Positions 33,280-41,703 of a DNA stretch of 64,000 bases are shown here, in pieces. Every line of letters begins with the position of its first letter. Within the stretch, counting starts at the first letter, position 1. Source of the DNA: Thermoplasmata archaeon. Lineage in GTDB: Archaea > Thermoplasmatota > Thermoplasmata > RBG-16-68-12 > JAGMCJ01. The DNA is taken from the NCBI GenBank assembly GCA_023136265.1, contig JAGLRN010000069.1:8680-72679 (forward strand). The letters run 5' to 3'. The notes beneath the pieces are model-generated. The model worked only from the letters and a program-made list of their open reading frames with translations, made no database searches and was not told the DNA's origin. Made by a program: the position numbers and the translations under genes.

Positions 33280-35184
33280 TCAGATGACCAGCTCCCTGGC
33301 GCTCGGGAACTTCTCCAGGTTGGTATGAGGCAAGAACATGGCAGAGGTGAACTCATTGAAGAATGACGGTGTGACGCTAAGCTCGATGTAGGTCATCTTC
33401 TTGGCGATGTCTGTCGCCTCCTGCTTGCTCTTCTTCGACAGGATCGTCAAACGGGCGCCCGCCAAAGACCCGTTCCCGATGAACCTGAACTTGTTAGGGT
33501 CCACGTCAGGAAGCAGGCCGAGCCATATGCTCTTCCTCGTGTCCAGATAGTTCCCGAAGCCACCAGCGATGAATATCTGCTCGACATCGTCGAAGGAGTA
33601 GTTCATCGTCTTCAGTAGCACGGTCGCGGCCGCGTAGACCGCCGCCTTCGTTCGGATGATGTTCCTGATGTCGACCTCCGTGATGACCATGTCCTTGTAT
33701 ATCCTGGTCTCGTCCGCCCAGACGACGACGAACTCCTTGCCTTCGGGGCCGTCACGGACCCTCGGGATCTTGAGCGGTCTGATCCTCCCTGAACGGTCGA
33801 TGACACCGTGCATGAACATCTCCGCGAGCAGGTCGATGAGACCGGTGCCGCAGATGCCTTTCGGCTTCACATCCCCTATCGTCTTGTACTTGACCTCAAG
33901 GTCCGTGGTGAGAGCCACTTTCTCTATCGCACCGACCATCGCCCGGATGCCGTAATCGACCTCGCCGCCCTCGAACGCCGGGCCCGCCGAGCACGAACAG
34001 GAGACCATCCAGTCCTTGTTCCCGAGAACGACCTCGCCGTTCGTCCCGACGTCTATCAGCATGGAGAGCTTGTCCGTCTTGTGCAGCGCTGACGCCAGCA
34101 CATCCGCCGTGATGTCCCCGCCGACGTAGCTGCTGCGACACGGCAGGATGTAGACGTAGCCCTCCGGGTTGATCTTGATGCCAGTCTCCCTGGCCTTGAT
34201 GAGCGGGAAGAAGTTCGCCGACGGGATGTACGGCTCCCGCCTGATGTGCGCGGGGTTCAGTCCGAGAAGCAGATGAGTCATCACCGTGTTGCCAGCCGCG
34301 GCGGCGTAGCAGATCTCGTTCCGACGCACTCCCGCATCGTCCATCATCTCCTTGAGGAGGTAGTTAATCGTCTCCACAATCAGCATTCTGAGAACCTTCA
34401 GCCCGCCCTTCTCCTCCTCGGCGTGAAGAATCCTGGTGAGGACGTCCTCGCCGTGGATTACCTGCTTATTATAGGCTGCCTTCTTCGCGACTATCTCCCC
34501 GCTACTCAGGTTCACGAGCTCGGCGACGACAGTCGTGGTTCCCACGTCCACCGCCAGACTGAAGTTCCTCGCGGACGTATCTCCGCCCTGCAGATGCACG
34601 AGCTCGTGGCACTCGCCGTCCTCCACGACCGTGGCCGTCACGTCCCACTCGCTCTTCCTGAAGAGGTTGCTCATCCTCCTCATCACGGGCAGGGGGCCCA
34701 TGATGTCCTCGATTCCGTGGTCGCTCAGCGCTCGCTTCAGGCGGTCCAGATCGCTCAGGTTGTCCGTCAGCGTCGGTTCGCTCAGCTCAAAATAGAATTT
34801 CATGATGGGCGGGTCCAGCTTCTCCGCCTCCACGACGTCGGCCTTCATCAGTATCTGAAGCATCCCGACGCGGCTCTCTTCAGGGACGAGGACTTCGACA
34901 TCGCCCTCCGCCCTGGTCATGCATGCGAGGTGATAACCCTTCTTGATCTCGCTAGGTTCGAGAAGCTCCGTCTTCTCGGCGGTAACGTCTCCCGCCTGAA
35001 CGATGACCTTGCACTTGCCGCACTTGCCTCGACCGCCACAGATGGAATCGACGTAGATGTCGGCCTCGATCGCTGCGTCGAGGAGGTCCGTGCCCTTGTC
35101 GACCTCTATCGTCTTGTCGTCTGGTAGGAACCTGACCTGCACCTTCTTAGCCATGTCTCCCAGCATTCCGAAGTCTTGCGCCAT
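33280..35184 (-). CDS. acsV: Reductive activator of the corrinoid Fe-S protein (RACo/AcsV): an N-terminal [2Fe-2S] ferredoxin fused to an ASKHA-fold ATPase (DUF4445)
   Basis: N-terminal plant-type ferredoxin VDSICGGRGKCGKCKV...HLACMT followed by about 500 aa of ATPase-like domain. 634 aa. Confidence 0.75.
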   Translation of the reverse strand: MAQDFGMLGDMAKKVQVRFLPDDKTIEVDKGTDLLDAAIEADIYVDSICGGRGKCGKCKVIVQAGDVTAEKTELLEPSEIKKGYHLACMTRAEGDVEVLVPEESRVGMLQILMKADVVEAEKLDPPIMKFYFELSEPTLTDNLSDLDRLKRALSDHGIEDIMGPLPVMRRMSNLFRKSEWDVTATVVEDGECHELVHLQGGDTSARNFSLAVDVGTTTVVAELVNLSSGEIVAKKAAYNKQVIHGEDVLTRILHAEEEKGGLKVLRMLIVETINYLLKEMMDDAGVRRNEICYAAAAGNTVMTHLLLGLNPAHIRREPYIPSANFFPLIKARETGIKINPEGYVYILPCRSSYVGGDITADVLASALHKTDKLSMLIDVGTNGEVVLGNKDWMVSCSCSAGPAFEGGEVDYGIRAMVGAIEKVALTTDLEVKYKTIGDVKPKGICGTGLIDLLAEMFMHGVIDRSGRIRPLKIPRVRDGPEGKEFVVVWADETRIYKDMVITEVDIRNIIRTKAAVYAAATVLLKTMNYSFDDVEQIFIAGGFGNYLDTRKSIWLGLLPDVDPNKFRFIGNGSLAGARLTILSKKSKQEATDIAKKMTYIELSVTPSFFNEFTSAMFLPHTNLEKFPSARELVI

Positions 35185-35231
35185 AGATAAACGTTTTCGA
35201 CTGCCTGCAGGGAGAAGCGCCTTCTCTTCCG

Positions 35232-36059
35232 CTAGGTGGATACTGCCTTGTCAATCGCCTTCGAGAGATCGTACCCGCCAGGGACTGGTTGGCCATGGGC
35301 AACGACCGTTCCGTCCTCGATCCGGACCTCCCCCTCAGCGAATACTCTCAGTGTATGAACGATGAGCGGCAGCTCGCGTATGAAGCCCAGCCTGCGTATC
35401 TCCGCGAACAGTGGATTGCCCTCTCCGTCTTTCTTGGCGATGTCTCCCACCGTCTCGCTCTCCAATCTCGCGTCGAAGTCCCGCCAAAGCGGTCCCAAAT
35501 CCCCGCCAACGATCGGGAAAACACAGTACGTTATCACGGGTCCGCGGTCCAACTCCTCCGTGACGAGGTGCAGCATCACCCCTGTCCTGTCCACTCTTTT
35601 TTCGAGAAGCTCCCATATCACCTCCTGCCACGTTCCTTTGGGCCCGTCCGGAGCGGCTGGATGGAGGTTGATCATATCGTAGACCTTGCACATCTCGTCG
35701 CCGACAATGAGCATATAGCCCGCCAGAACGCCGAGGTCCATCTCGTGCCCCTCGAGGCGCTTCACTATCTCCCTGTCGTACTCCCTCCTCCACTGCTTCA
35801 GTATCCCCTCGTCCTTCCTGCCCTCGGCCCTCATCTCCGGCTTGAACTTGCTCGAGGAGAACTGGATGAGCGTGTATCCGAAGCTCCTCACAAGATCGAA
35901 GAAAAGGTCGCTCTGCTCGAACTCGCCGTCCTCGCGGTTGCTGAACACGAAGGATATCTTCCCTGGTATCGTCCCGTCCTCAATCCCGTCGTGCGCTTCG
36001 ATGAGTAGCTCCCGCGCGGCGGGGTCCCTTCCCGTGGAGAACCATCCAATCCTGAACAT
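35232..36059 (-). CDS. PurN-like formyltransferase-family protein
   Basis: INLHPAAPDGPKGTWQEVIWELLEKRVDRTGVMLHLVTEELDRGPVITYCVFPI resembles the formyl_trans_N HxSLLP...G...H.v.e.lD.GpII motif. Confidence 0.55.
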   Translation of the reverse strand: MFRIGWFSTGRDPAARELLIEAHDGIEDGTIPGKISFVFSNREDGEFEQSDLFFDLVRSFGYTLIQFSSSKFKPEMRAEGRKDEGILKQWRREYDREIVKRLEGHEMDLGVLAGYMLIVGDEMCKVYDMINLHPAAPDGPKGTWQEVIWELLEKRVDRTGVMLHLVTEELDRGPVITYCVFPIVGGDLGPLWRDFDARLESETVGDIAKKDGEGNPLFAEIRRLGFIRELPLIVHTLRVFAEGEVRIEDGTVVAHGQPVPGGYDLSKAIDKAVST

Positions 36060-36110
36060 GACCTCCCCGCCACCGGATTCGTTCTCCCGCCTAAAACCTT
36101 TCGCGTTCGA

Positions 36111-36737
36111 CTAGGAGTGGTGCTTCCCGGATTCCTGCGGGATCCCCTTCTTCAGCTTCTCATATCTCTCTCGATAGAGTTTCAAGCAGGACTCGCAGCA
36201 GAGGTAATGAGTTCTCCCGTCCATCTTGAGCGTGACAGGATCGTCCGTGATAGGTTTCCTGCACAGGTAGCAGGGAACGACTATCGATATCCCTTCCGAG
36301 ATGACCGCATCGGGCTCCTTCTTCGTCGTCCGAACGACGCGGTCGATGGAGTATCTGTCGATCTCCTCCAGCCCCTCAAGCCAGGCAAGGAAGCTGTTGA
36401 TCGTAGCTTCGCTTTCGGATACAAGCCTGCACATGAGCTTGGAGCCGCTGAGGACGAGGACCTCACGGATGTTCTCCTTCTCCGAAAGGCTCTTGGCCAG
36501 CTTCTCCAGGTGCTTCGGCTGACATTCTACCGAGACAATCGAGGTGGTCTCCCGGATCGCTTCCGTATCGATCAATGCCGAGTATCCTCTGATGACTCCC
36601 CGTTCCTCCAAAGCCTTGATCCTCGAACTCACGGTCGGAGTGCTGACACCGATGGTCTTGCCAAGCTCCCTGAAAGAGATCCGGGCATCCTCCTGAAGCT
36701 GCTTCAGTATTCTCGCGTCGGTCTCGTCGAGTTCCAT
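36111..36737 (-). CDS. Lrp/AsnC-family transcriptional regulator with a C-terminal TRASH metal-binding domain (CopR-like)
   Basis: N-terminal HTH MELDETDARILKQLQEDARISFRELGKTIGVSTPTVSSRIKALEE, a RAM-like middle region, and C-terminal CYLCRKPI...THYLCCESC (TRASH Cx2C...Cx3C). Confidence 0.75.
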   Translation of the reverse strand: MELDETDARILKQLQEDARISFRELGKTIGVSTPTVSSRIKALEERGVIRGYSALIDTEAIRETTSIVSVECQPKHLEKLAKSLSEKENIREVLVLSGSKLMCRLVSESEATINSFLAWLEGLEEIDRYSIDRVVRTTKKEPDAVISEGISIVVPCYLCRKPITDDPVTLKMDGRTHYLCCESCLKLYRERYEKLKKGIPQESGKHHS

Positions 36738-36870
36738 GGTTTGGTACTAGGCAGCCTCACCTATTATACCTTTGTAAAGCGGGCGGTTGCATCTCCTTAC
36801 AAACGTGAGAGGGAAGTAGGATAGATTGGCTTTCCCTAGTACCCTCCGTACTTCCTGAGAGTGAATCTCA

Positions 36871-37824
36871 ATGATAGCTCAGTTTCTACTCGTACTGAGA
36901 GAAGGTTTGGAAGCGGCCCTAATCGTCGGCATAGTCTTCGCCTATCTGAGGAGGATTGGCAAGGGCCCGCTCACAAGATTCCTGACTCTGGGTGCCGCAT
37001 CGGCAATCGGCGTCAGCATACTTGCGGCCCTGCTCATCTTCATGCTGGTGGGACAACTCTCGGACCCCCAGATGGAGATTTTCGAGGGTGTGGCGTCCCT
37101 CCTCGCGGTGGGCGTTCTGACCATCATGATCTTTTGGATGTCCAAGAAGGGACCTGAGCTGAAGAGGGAAATCGAAAGCAAACTGGACAGCAGGGTATCG
37201 AGAGGTGAGGTCTTCGCCGTGTTTGGGATATCCTTCGTCGCCGTCGTGCGGGAAGGTCTTGAGACGGTGCTCTTCCTCTTCCCGCTGGCTCTGTCTGATA
37301 GCGCGGCAACCATTCTAGGCCTAGTTGCCGGACTCGCTGTCGTCCTTCTCCTCCTCGTCCTCCTGATGAAGGGGATCGAGAGGCTGGACATCAAGAAGTT
37401 CTTCACAGTCACAGGAGTCCTCCTGATCGTCTTCGCCGCAGGCCTCACTGCGACCGCGGTCCACGAGTTCAACGAGGCTGGGGTCGTTCCGCCTGTCGTG
37501 AATGAGGTTTGGAACATCAACCCCCCGCGAAACCCAGATGGAAGCTATCCTGTGCTCCACGAGAAGGGAGCAATAGGCGGGATCATGAAGTCCCTCTTGG
37601 GATACAACGGAAACCCGTCCTTGACCGAGGTCACAGCCTATGTTTCGTATTGGATAGTGATCTCTGGATACCTGTTCCTCACAAACGCGGAGACTGTGAA
37701 GAGCATGCTTCGCGCGATGGGGGCCAAAGTCAGATCGCCATTGAGAAAGGGTCGGATGGCAGCGGTTCCTAGTGAGGACATACGGCTGGATGAAGCGACC
37801 GCCCGAGGGAGTGTCGAGAGGTGA
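36871..37824 (+). CDS. efeU: FTR1/EfeU-family high-affinity iron (or metal) permease
   Basis: Two REGLE motifs (LREGLEAALIVG and VREGLETVLFLF) in a polytopic membrane protein of 317 aa. Confidence 0.75.
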   Translation: MIAQFLLVLREGLEAALIVGIVFAYLRRIGKGPLTRFLTLGAASAIGVSILAALLIFMLVGQLSDPQMEIFEGVASLLAVGVLTIMIFWMSKKGPELKREIESKLDSRVSRGEVFAVFGISFVAVVREGLETVLFLFPLALSDSAATILGLVAGLAVVLLLLVLLMKGIERLDIKKFFTVTGVLLIVFAAGLTATAVHEFNEAGVVPPVVNEVWNINPPRNPDGSYPVLHEKGAIGGIMKSLLGYNGNPSLTEVTAYVSYWIVISGYLFLTNAETVKSMLRAMGAKVRSPLRKGRMAAVPSEDIRLDEATARGSVER

Positions 37825-38381
37825 GTGCTTTGACGGAATCGAGTAATAGAAACAGCCTGATCCTTGCCGGGCTCCTGGCGGGAGCCATCATCCTGATAGT
37901 TGGCATCACGTTGACCCTGTGGGACGCTGGGGGCATGACCGAAGACATGTGGAGCCATCACGGCATGGGACTGTCATTTCCCATGGGCATGTCTTTCGTG
38001 GTCTTAGGTGGAGTTGTCCTTGTCATCCTTTTCGTCCTCGCCATTCCTCAGCCCCGCGGTGTCGAGAGGCCCGTGGCAGCCTACATCCCGATGACTCCCC
38101 TTCAGAATAATGAGGATTGGACACCAGAAATGCGGAATCTGGCACTGAGGCTCCTCCAAGGGGATGAGCGCAGAATGCTAAGGCAGATTTTCGACGCGGG
38201 TGGTCAGATACTTCAGAAGGACCTGGTGTATCGAGCAGGCTTCTCGAAGGCCAAGGTGACGAGGCTGCTCGACAAGTTGGAGAGGAGAGGTCTAATCATC
38301 AGGGAGAGACACGGTTCAACGAACCTCGTCCGAGTGCTAGAGGACCTAGGAGGTAAGAACGATGGAATTTCAGAAAAGTGA
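37821..38381 (+). CDS. Membrane-tethered winged-helix transcriptional regulator: two N-terminal TM helices with a Met/His-rich extracytoplasmic loop, and a C-terminal wHTH
   Basis: TM1 LILAGLLAGAIILIVGITLTLW, loop DAGGMTEDMWSHHGMGLSFPMGMSF, TM2 VVLGGVVLVILFVLAI, then LRQIFDAGGQILQKDLVYRAGFSKAKVTRLLDKLERRGLIIRER (MarR/TrmB-like wHTH). The start overlaps the efeU stop (ATGA-type). Confidence 0.55.
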   Translation: MSALTESSNRNSLILAGLLAGAIILIVGITLTLWDAGGMTEDMWSHHGMGLSFPMGMSFVVLGGVVLVILFVLAIPQPRGVERPVAAYIPMTPLQNNEDWTPEMRNLALRLLQGDERRMLRQIFDAGGQILQKDLVYRAGFSKAKVTRLLDKLERRGLIIRERHGSTNLVRVLEDLGGKNDGISEK

Positions 38382-38459
38382 AACTCATTTCGCATCAATG
38401 ACTAATATCGTTTCATCCGTCAAACTCACAACGATTACCAAAAGCAAAGAGGTGATAGA

Positions 38460-38831
38460 ATGGAAGCAGGAATGATAGCGACTCTCGTGATAGGATCGCT
38501 TCTGACGACGGGAGCGGTGGTCGGTGTTGCATCGACGAACGGAGACATGATGCAGGGAACGACGGACGGCGGACACATGGGTGGATGGTATCACTCGATG
38601 GGTCACGGAATGATGCACGACCATGATGAGCACGACGAATGCGAAGAACACATGGAAGAATGGGAACACGAGTACTGTGAGGAGTACGAGGAAGAGTGCG
38701 AGGACTCGGAGAACGGGAACCACGCGGAAATGCACGAGGAATGTGAGGAGCACATGGAAGAGCGGGAGAACGAGGACTCCTCTGACGACGAGGACCACGA
38801 AGAGCACGACCATTGCGGCATGATGGGGTAA
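38460..38831 (+). CDS. Secreted or membrane-anchored His/Glu/Cys/Met-rich metal-binding protein
   Basis: N-terminal hydrophobic segment, then MMQGTTDGGHMGGWYHSMGHGMMHDHDEHDECEEHMEEWEHEYCEE...EDHEEHDHCGMMG. SD AGAGGTGA lies upstream. The local GC is lower than the surroundings. Confidence 0.55.
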   Translation: MEAGMIATLVIGSLLTTGAVVGVASTNGDMMQGTTDGGHMGGWYHSMGHGMMHDHDEHDECEEHMEEWEHEYCEEYEEECEDSENGNHAEMHEECEEHMEERENEDSSDDEDHEEHDHCGMMG

Positions 38832-39049
38832 GCTGTCCGCGCGCCAAGCGGGAGAAGTCCCCTTCACAGACGAGGATTGTCCTTTTCAGGTCTTGAGACC
38901 CCCAGATGGTGTGGGACTTACATACATCAATCCAACTGAGGCATTGGCATTCAATTGTCAAGGAGAATCCACAAAAGGAGGAAGCTGCCTAGCAACACCA
39001 GGAGGAGGACACGGATCAGGCGTGCCCTCGGCGTTCAACGCGTGATAAG

Positions 39050-39652
39050 ATGGGTCTCGTTAGCTGTCCTGTATGCAATGTGAAGGTCAAGGCTGAGAAC
39101 CTGCCCAATCACATAAAGAAGGTCCATCCTGGATCAGATGTGCGGGTGAAACCGGTGGGGAGGAAGATGAGGAATTCCTCGAGAGAAGGGGGCAGCAGAA
39201 GAATCGTCTATGCGGTCTCGGCGGCCATAATCCTTGTCGTTGGTTCGCTTCTCGTCTACAGCATGATCAGTAGTCCAGGCACACCGGAAATATCCGTCAG
39301 TCCGCTCAGCTACAGCTTCGGAGACATATCCCAGCGCGAGGTTTCAACGACTGTCCAAGTCAGAAACACCGGAGATTCGGATTTAGTGATAACGGGCATC
39401 TCTACGTCATGCGGGTGCACATCTGCGGTTCTCACGGTCGGAGGCAGGAGGAGTCCCACCTTCGGAATGCACAACAATCCCTCGGGTTGGAGCGAGACTC
39501 TTCTTCCTGGACAAACCGCGTCTCTCGACATCACATACGATGCGACTCTACATCCGGACGACGGCCCGGTGCTAAGAATCGTCTACATAGGGAGCAACGA
39601 CCCCGCCAGGCCCGAGGTCGAGATAGAGCTCACGGCCATTGTGATCCCATGA
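39050..39652 (+). CDS. Bitopic protein: an N-terminal C2H2-like zinc finger, one TM helix, and a C-terminal DUF1573-like beta-sandwich domain with a CGC motif
   Basis: CPVCNVKVKAENLPNHIKKVH (C-x2-C-x11-H-x4-H), TM IVYAVSAAIILVVGSLLVYSMI, then VQVRNTGDSDLVITGISTSCGCTSAVL...LRIVYIGSNDPARPEVEIEL. Confidence 0.6.
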   Translation: MGLVSCPVCNVKVKAENLPNHIKKVHPGSDVRVKPVGRKMRNSSREGGSRRIVYAVSAAIILVVGSLLVYSMISSPGTPEISVSPLSYSFGDISQREVSTTVQVRNTGDSDLVITGISTSCGCTSAVLTVGGRRSPTFGMHNNPSGWSETLLPGQTASLDITYDATLHPDDGPVLRIVYIGSNDPARPEVEIELTAIVIP

Positions 39653-40959
39653 ACGACGATTCCTGTCATGAACCGCCTTCTGACATGGAGAGGTACTCGA
39701 AGGAAAAGCAACCCGAGAAGCGATTCCAGAACCTTGTTTTCGTTTCGATAGTCCTATCATTGGGTGCGATAATGGTCATCGGCTCTCTCGCCCCATATTT
39801 CTTCCTGCCCCGGCCCAGTGACATAACGCTCAACGAGGGCGAGGGTCTCATCTACTACAACGAGGCGTGCGGGGAGTGCGCCATATACATCGACGACGAG
39901 CTCATTCCCACGCTGCGAATAGGAGGGATATCGACAGTTCACAAGAAGGATTACATCAACGAGAGGAGCTACAGAGGGGAGTTGAGTGCAATCAACGACC
40001 AGCTGGGCATTCCCCCGCATCTGCAGAGCCACATCGCGACGTTCGTCAAGAAGAACACGACCATGGTCTTCGAGGGTCATGTCCCGGAGCATGTGATATC
40101 GGACCTGATGACCAACTCATCCGCACTGAATCTGAGCAAGATACTCGTCTACCAGGAGGAGATGAGGGATCCCACGACGTATACCGCCTGGGGCTTCGAG
40201 GGTGAGGACCGAGAATATGCCATCGACGTTCCCATCAGCGAGTTCCTTCTCTGGTACGGCCAAGGTTCTCCTTCCACCAGCACAGAGGAGTCTCTCCTGC
40301 CGCTGGTGCTGATCACAGGATTCCTCGACGGTATAAATCCCTGCGCGATTGCCGTCCTGTTGTTCTTCATCACCTTTCTCTTCGTGATAAGGAGAACGAG
40401 AGGAAATGTGGCCACGATGGGCGCGGTATACATACTCTCGATCTTCTTTGTCTATTTCTTCATTGGCATCGGGCTACTCAGGGCCATCGTCTTGAGTGGG
40501 CAACCGCATCTCCTGGCCTACGTCGGGTCGTCACTCATACTTGTACTGGGAACGCTGAGTCTATTGCAGTACTTCTTTCCCAACCTCCCCCTCACGTTCA
40601 AGATGCCTGAGAGGACATGGACAAAGACCAAGGATTGGATCTCCAGGGCAACGCTCCCTTCCTCCTTGGTGGCCGGTCTGCTAGTCGGATTGTGCACATT
40701 CCCTTGCTCCGGTGGAATATATGTAGCTGTGCTGACCCTAATCGCTTCGGAGACGACCTATTTCGAGGGCGTTGGCTATCTTTATCTGTACAACATCATG
40801 TTCGTGCTTCCCCTAATACTGATACTCGTCTTCACATCAAACAGGTTTGTGGCCAGAAAACTCACAGGTTGGGAGAGATCGAACAGCAGGCTAATCGTCC
40901 TTTTCTCTGGAATCGTCATGATTCTGTTGGGTGTGGCCTTCCTGTTGTTTCTGATCTAA
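39649..40959 (+). CDS. ccdA: CcdA/DsbD-family thiol:disulfide transmembrane electron-transfer protein with an N-terminal extracytoplasmic CxxC domain
   Basis: A signal-anchor, then a roughly 200-aa soluble domain with YYNEACGECAIY. The CcdA-type 6-TM core carries the two conserved Cys motifs GFLDGINPCAIAV and GLCTFPCSGG. The start ATG overlaps the upstream stop (ATGA); the listed ORF carries a spurious 80-aa N-extension. Confidence 0.7.
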   Translation: MNDDSCHEPPSDMERYSKEKQPEKRFQNLVFVSIVLSLGAIMVIGSLAPYFFLPRPSDITLNEGEGLIYYNEACGECAIYIDDELIPTLRIGGISTVHKKDYINERSYRGELSAINDQLGIPPHLQSHIATFVKKNTTMVFEGHVPEHVISDLMTNSSALNLSKILVYQEEMRDPTTYTAWGFEGEDREYAIDVPISEFLLWYGQGSPSTSTEESLLPLVLITGFLDGINPCAIAVLLFFITFLFVIRRTRGNVATMGAVYILSIFFVYFFIGIGLLRAIVLSGQPHLLAYVGSSLILVLGTLSLLQYFFPNLPLTFKMPERTWTKTKDWISRATLPSSLVAGLLVGLCTFPCSGGIYVAVLTLIASETTYFEGVGYLYLYNIMFVLPLILILVFTSNRFVARKLTGWERSNSRLIVLFSGIVMILLGVAFLLFLI

Positions 40960-41094
40960 GGAGCCACAGATGAGGACCGGCAGACGATTATAGGCGGACT
41001 GGCAATCGCAGTCGTGGTATGATCTTGGTGGGAAATGCCTGTGTAAGGCGCAAAGATTAACTGGCCTAAGTCTTCTGCCCTTTGGCAGGAAGTC

Positions 41095-41703
41095 ATGGGT
41101 GGTAAAATGCCCTCGGAAAGATGTCCTGTTTGCGGCGTGAAGGTCAAGTCGGAGAACCTGTCAAGGCACATCAAGAAGGTCCATCCAGATGCGGAGGCGG
41201 GTGCGGAGAAGAAGGCCAAGAAGGCAAGGCGCCCGTCCGTGGGGGGAAGGAAAGCCATCTATGCGGTTGTGGCGGTAATCATAATCGTCGTGCTGGTGGC
41301 TTCCGCATTCGTTCTGCTCCCCGCAGCAGAAGAGCCCAAGATTGGCGTCGAGCCATCCAGCTACGACTTCGGGACCATCCCGAGGGTGCTGCAGACTGTC
41401 AACATAGAGGTTCGCAACGACGGAGAGGCCAACCTCGAGATAACGAGAATCTGGACTTCCTGTATGTGCACCTCGGCCGTACTGAGGGTCGGAGGAAGGA
41501 ACAGTCCCGTGTTTCAGGGCGATTCCCAGACATCTTGGATTGGTGAGACGCTGCTCCCGGGACAGCACGGATATCTGGATGTGACGTATGACCCCACGTA
41601 CATACCCGATTCCGGTTCCATTGCCAGGGCGGTCTACATACAGAGCAACGACCCCGACAGATCCGAAGTCCAGGTCACGATAACGGCTTACGTGACGCCT
41701 TGA
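41095..41703 (+). CDS. Paralogue of the 39050 gene, with the same C2H2-like zinc finger + TM + DUF1573-like (CMC motif) architecture
   Basis: CPVCGVKVKSENLSRHIKKVH, TM IYAVVAVIIIVVLVASAFVLL, then VEVRNDGEANLEITRIWTSCMCTSAVL...VYIQSNDPDRSEVQVTI. It is about 45% identical to the 39050 product by eye. Confidence 0.6.
   Translation: MGGKMPSERCPVCGVKVKSENLSRHIKKVHPDAEAGAEKKAKKARRPSVGGRKAIYAVVAVIIIVVLVASAFVLLPAAEEPKIGVEPSSYDFGTIPRVLQTVNIEVRNDGEANLEITRIWTSCMCTSAVLRVGGRNSPVFQGDSQTSWIGETLLPGQHGYLDVTYDPTYIPDSGSIARAVYIQSNDPDRSEVQVTITAYVTP

Noticed and set aside
39409-40959. 80-codon N-terminal extension of the ccdA-like ORF
   Set aside because: It overlaps the 39050 gene out of frame. The signal-anchor begins at the ATG 39649, which overlaps the upstream stop.
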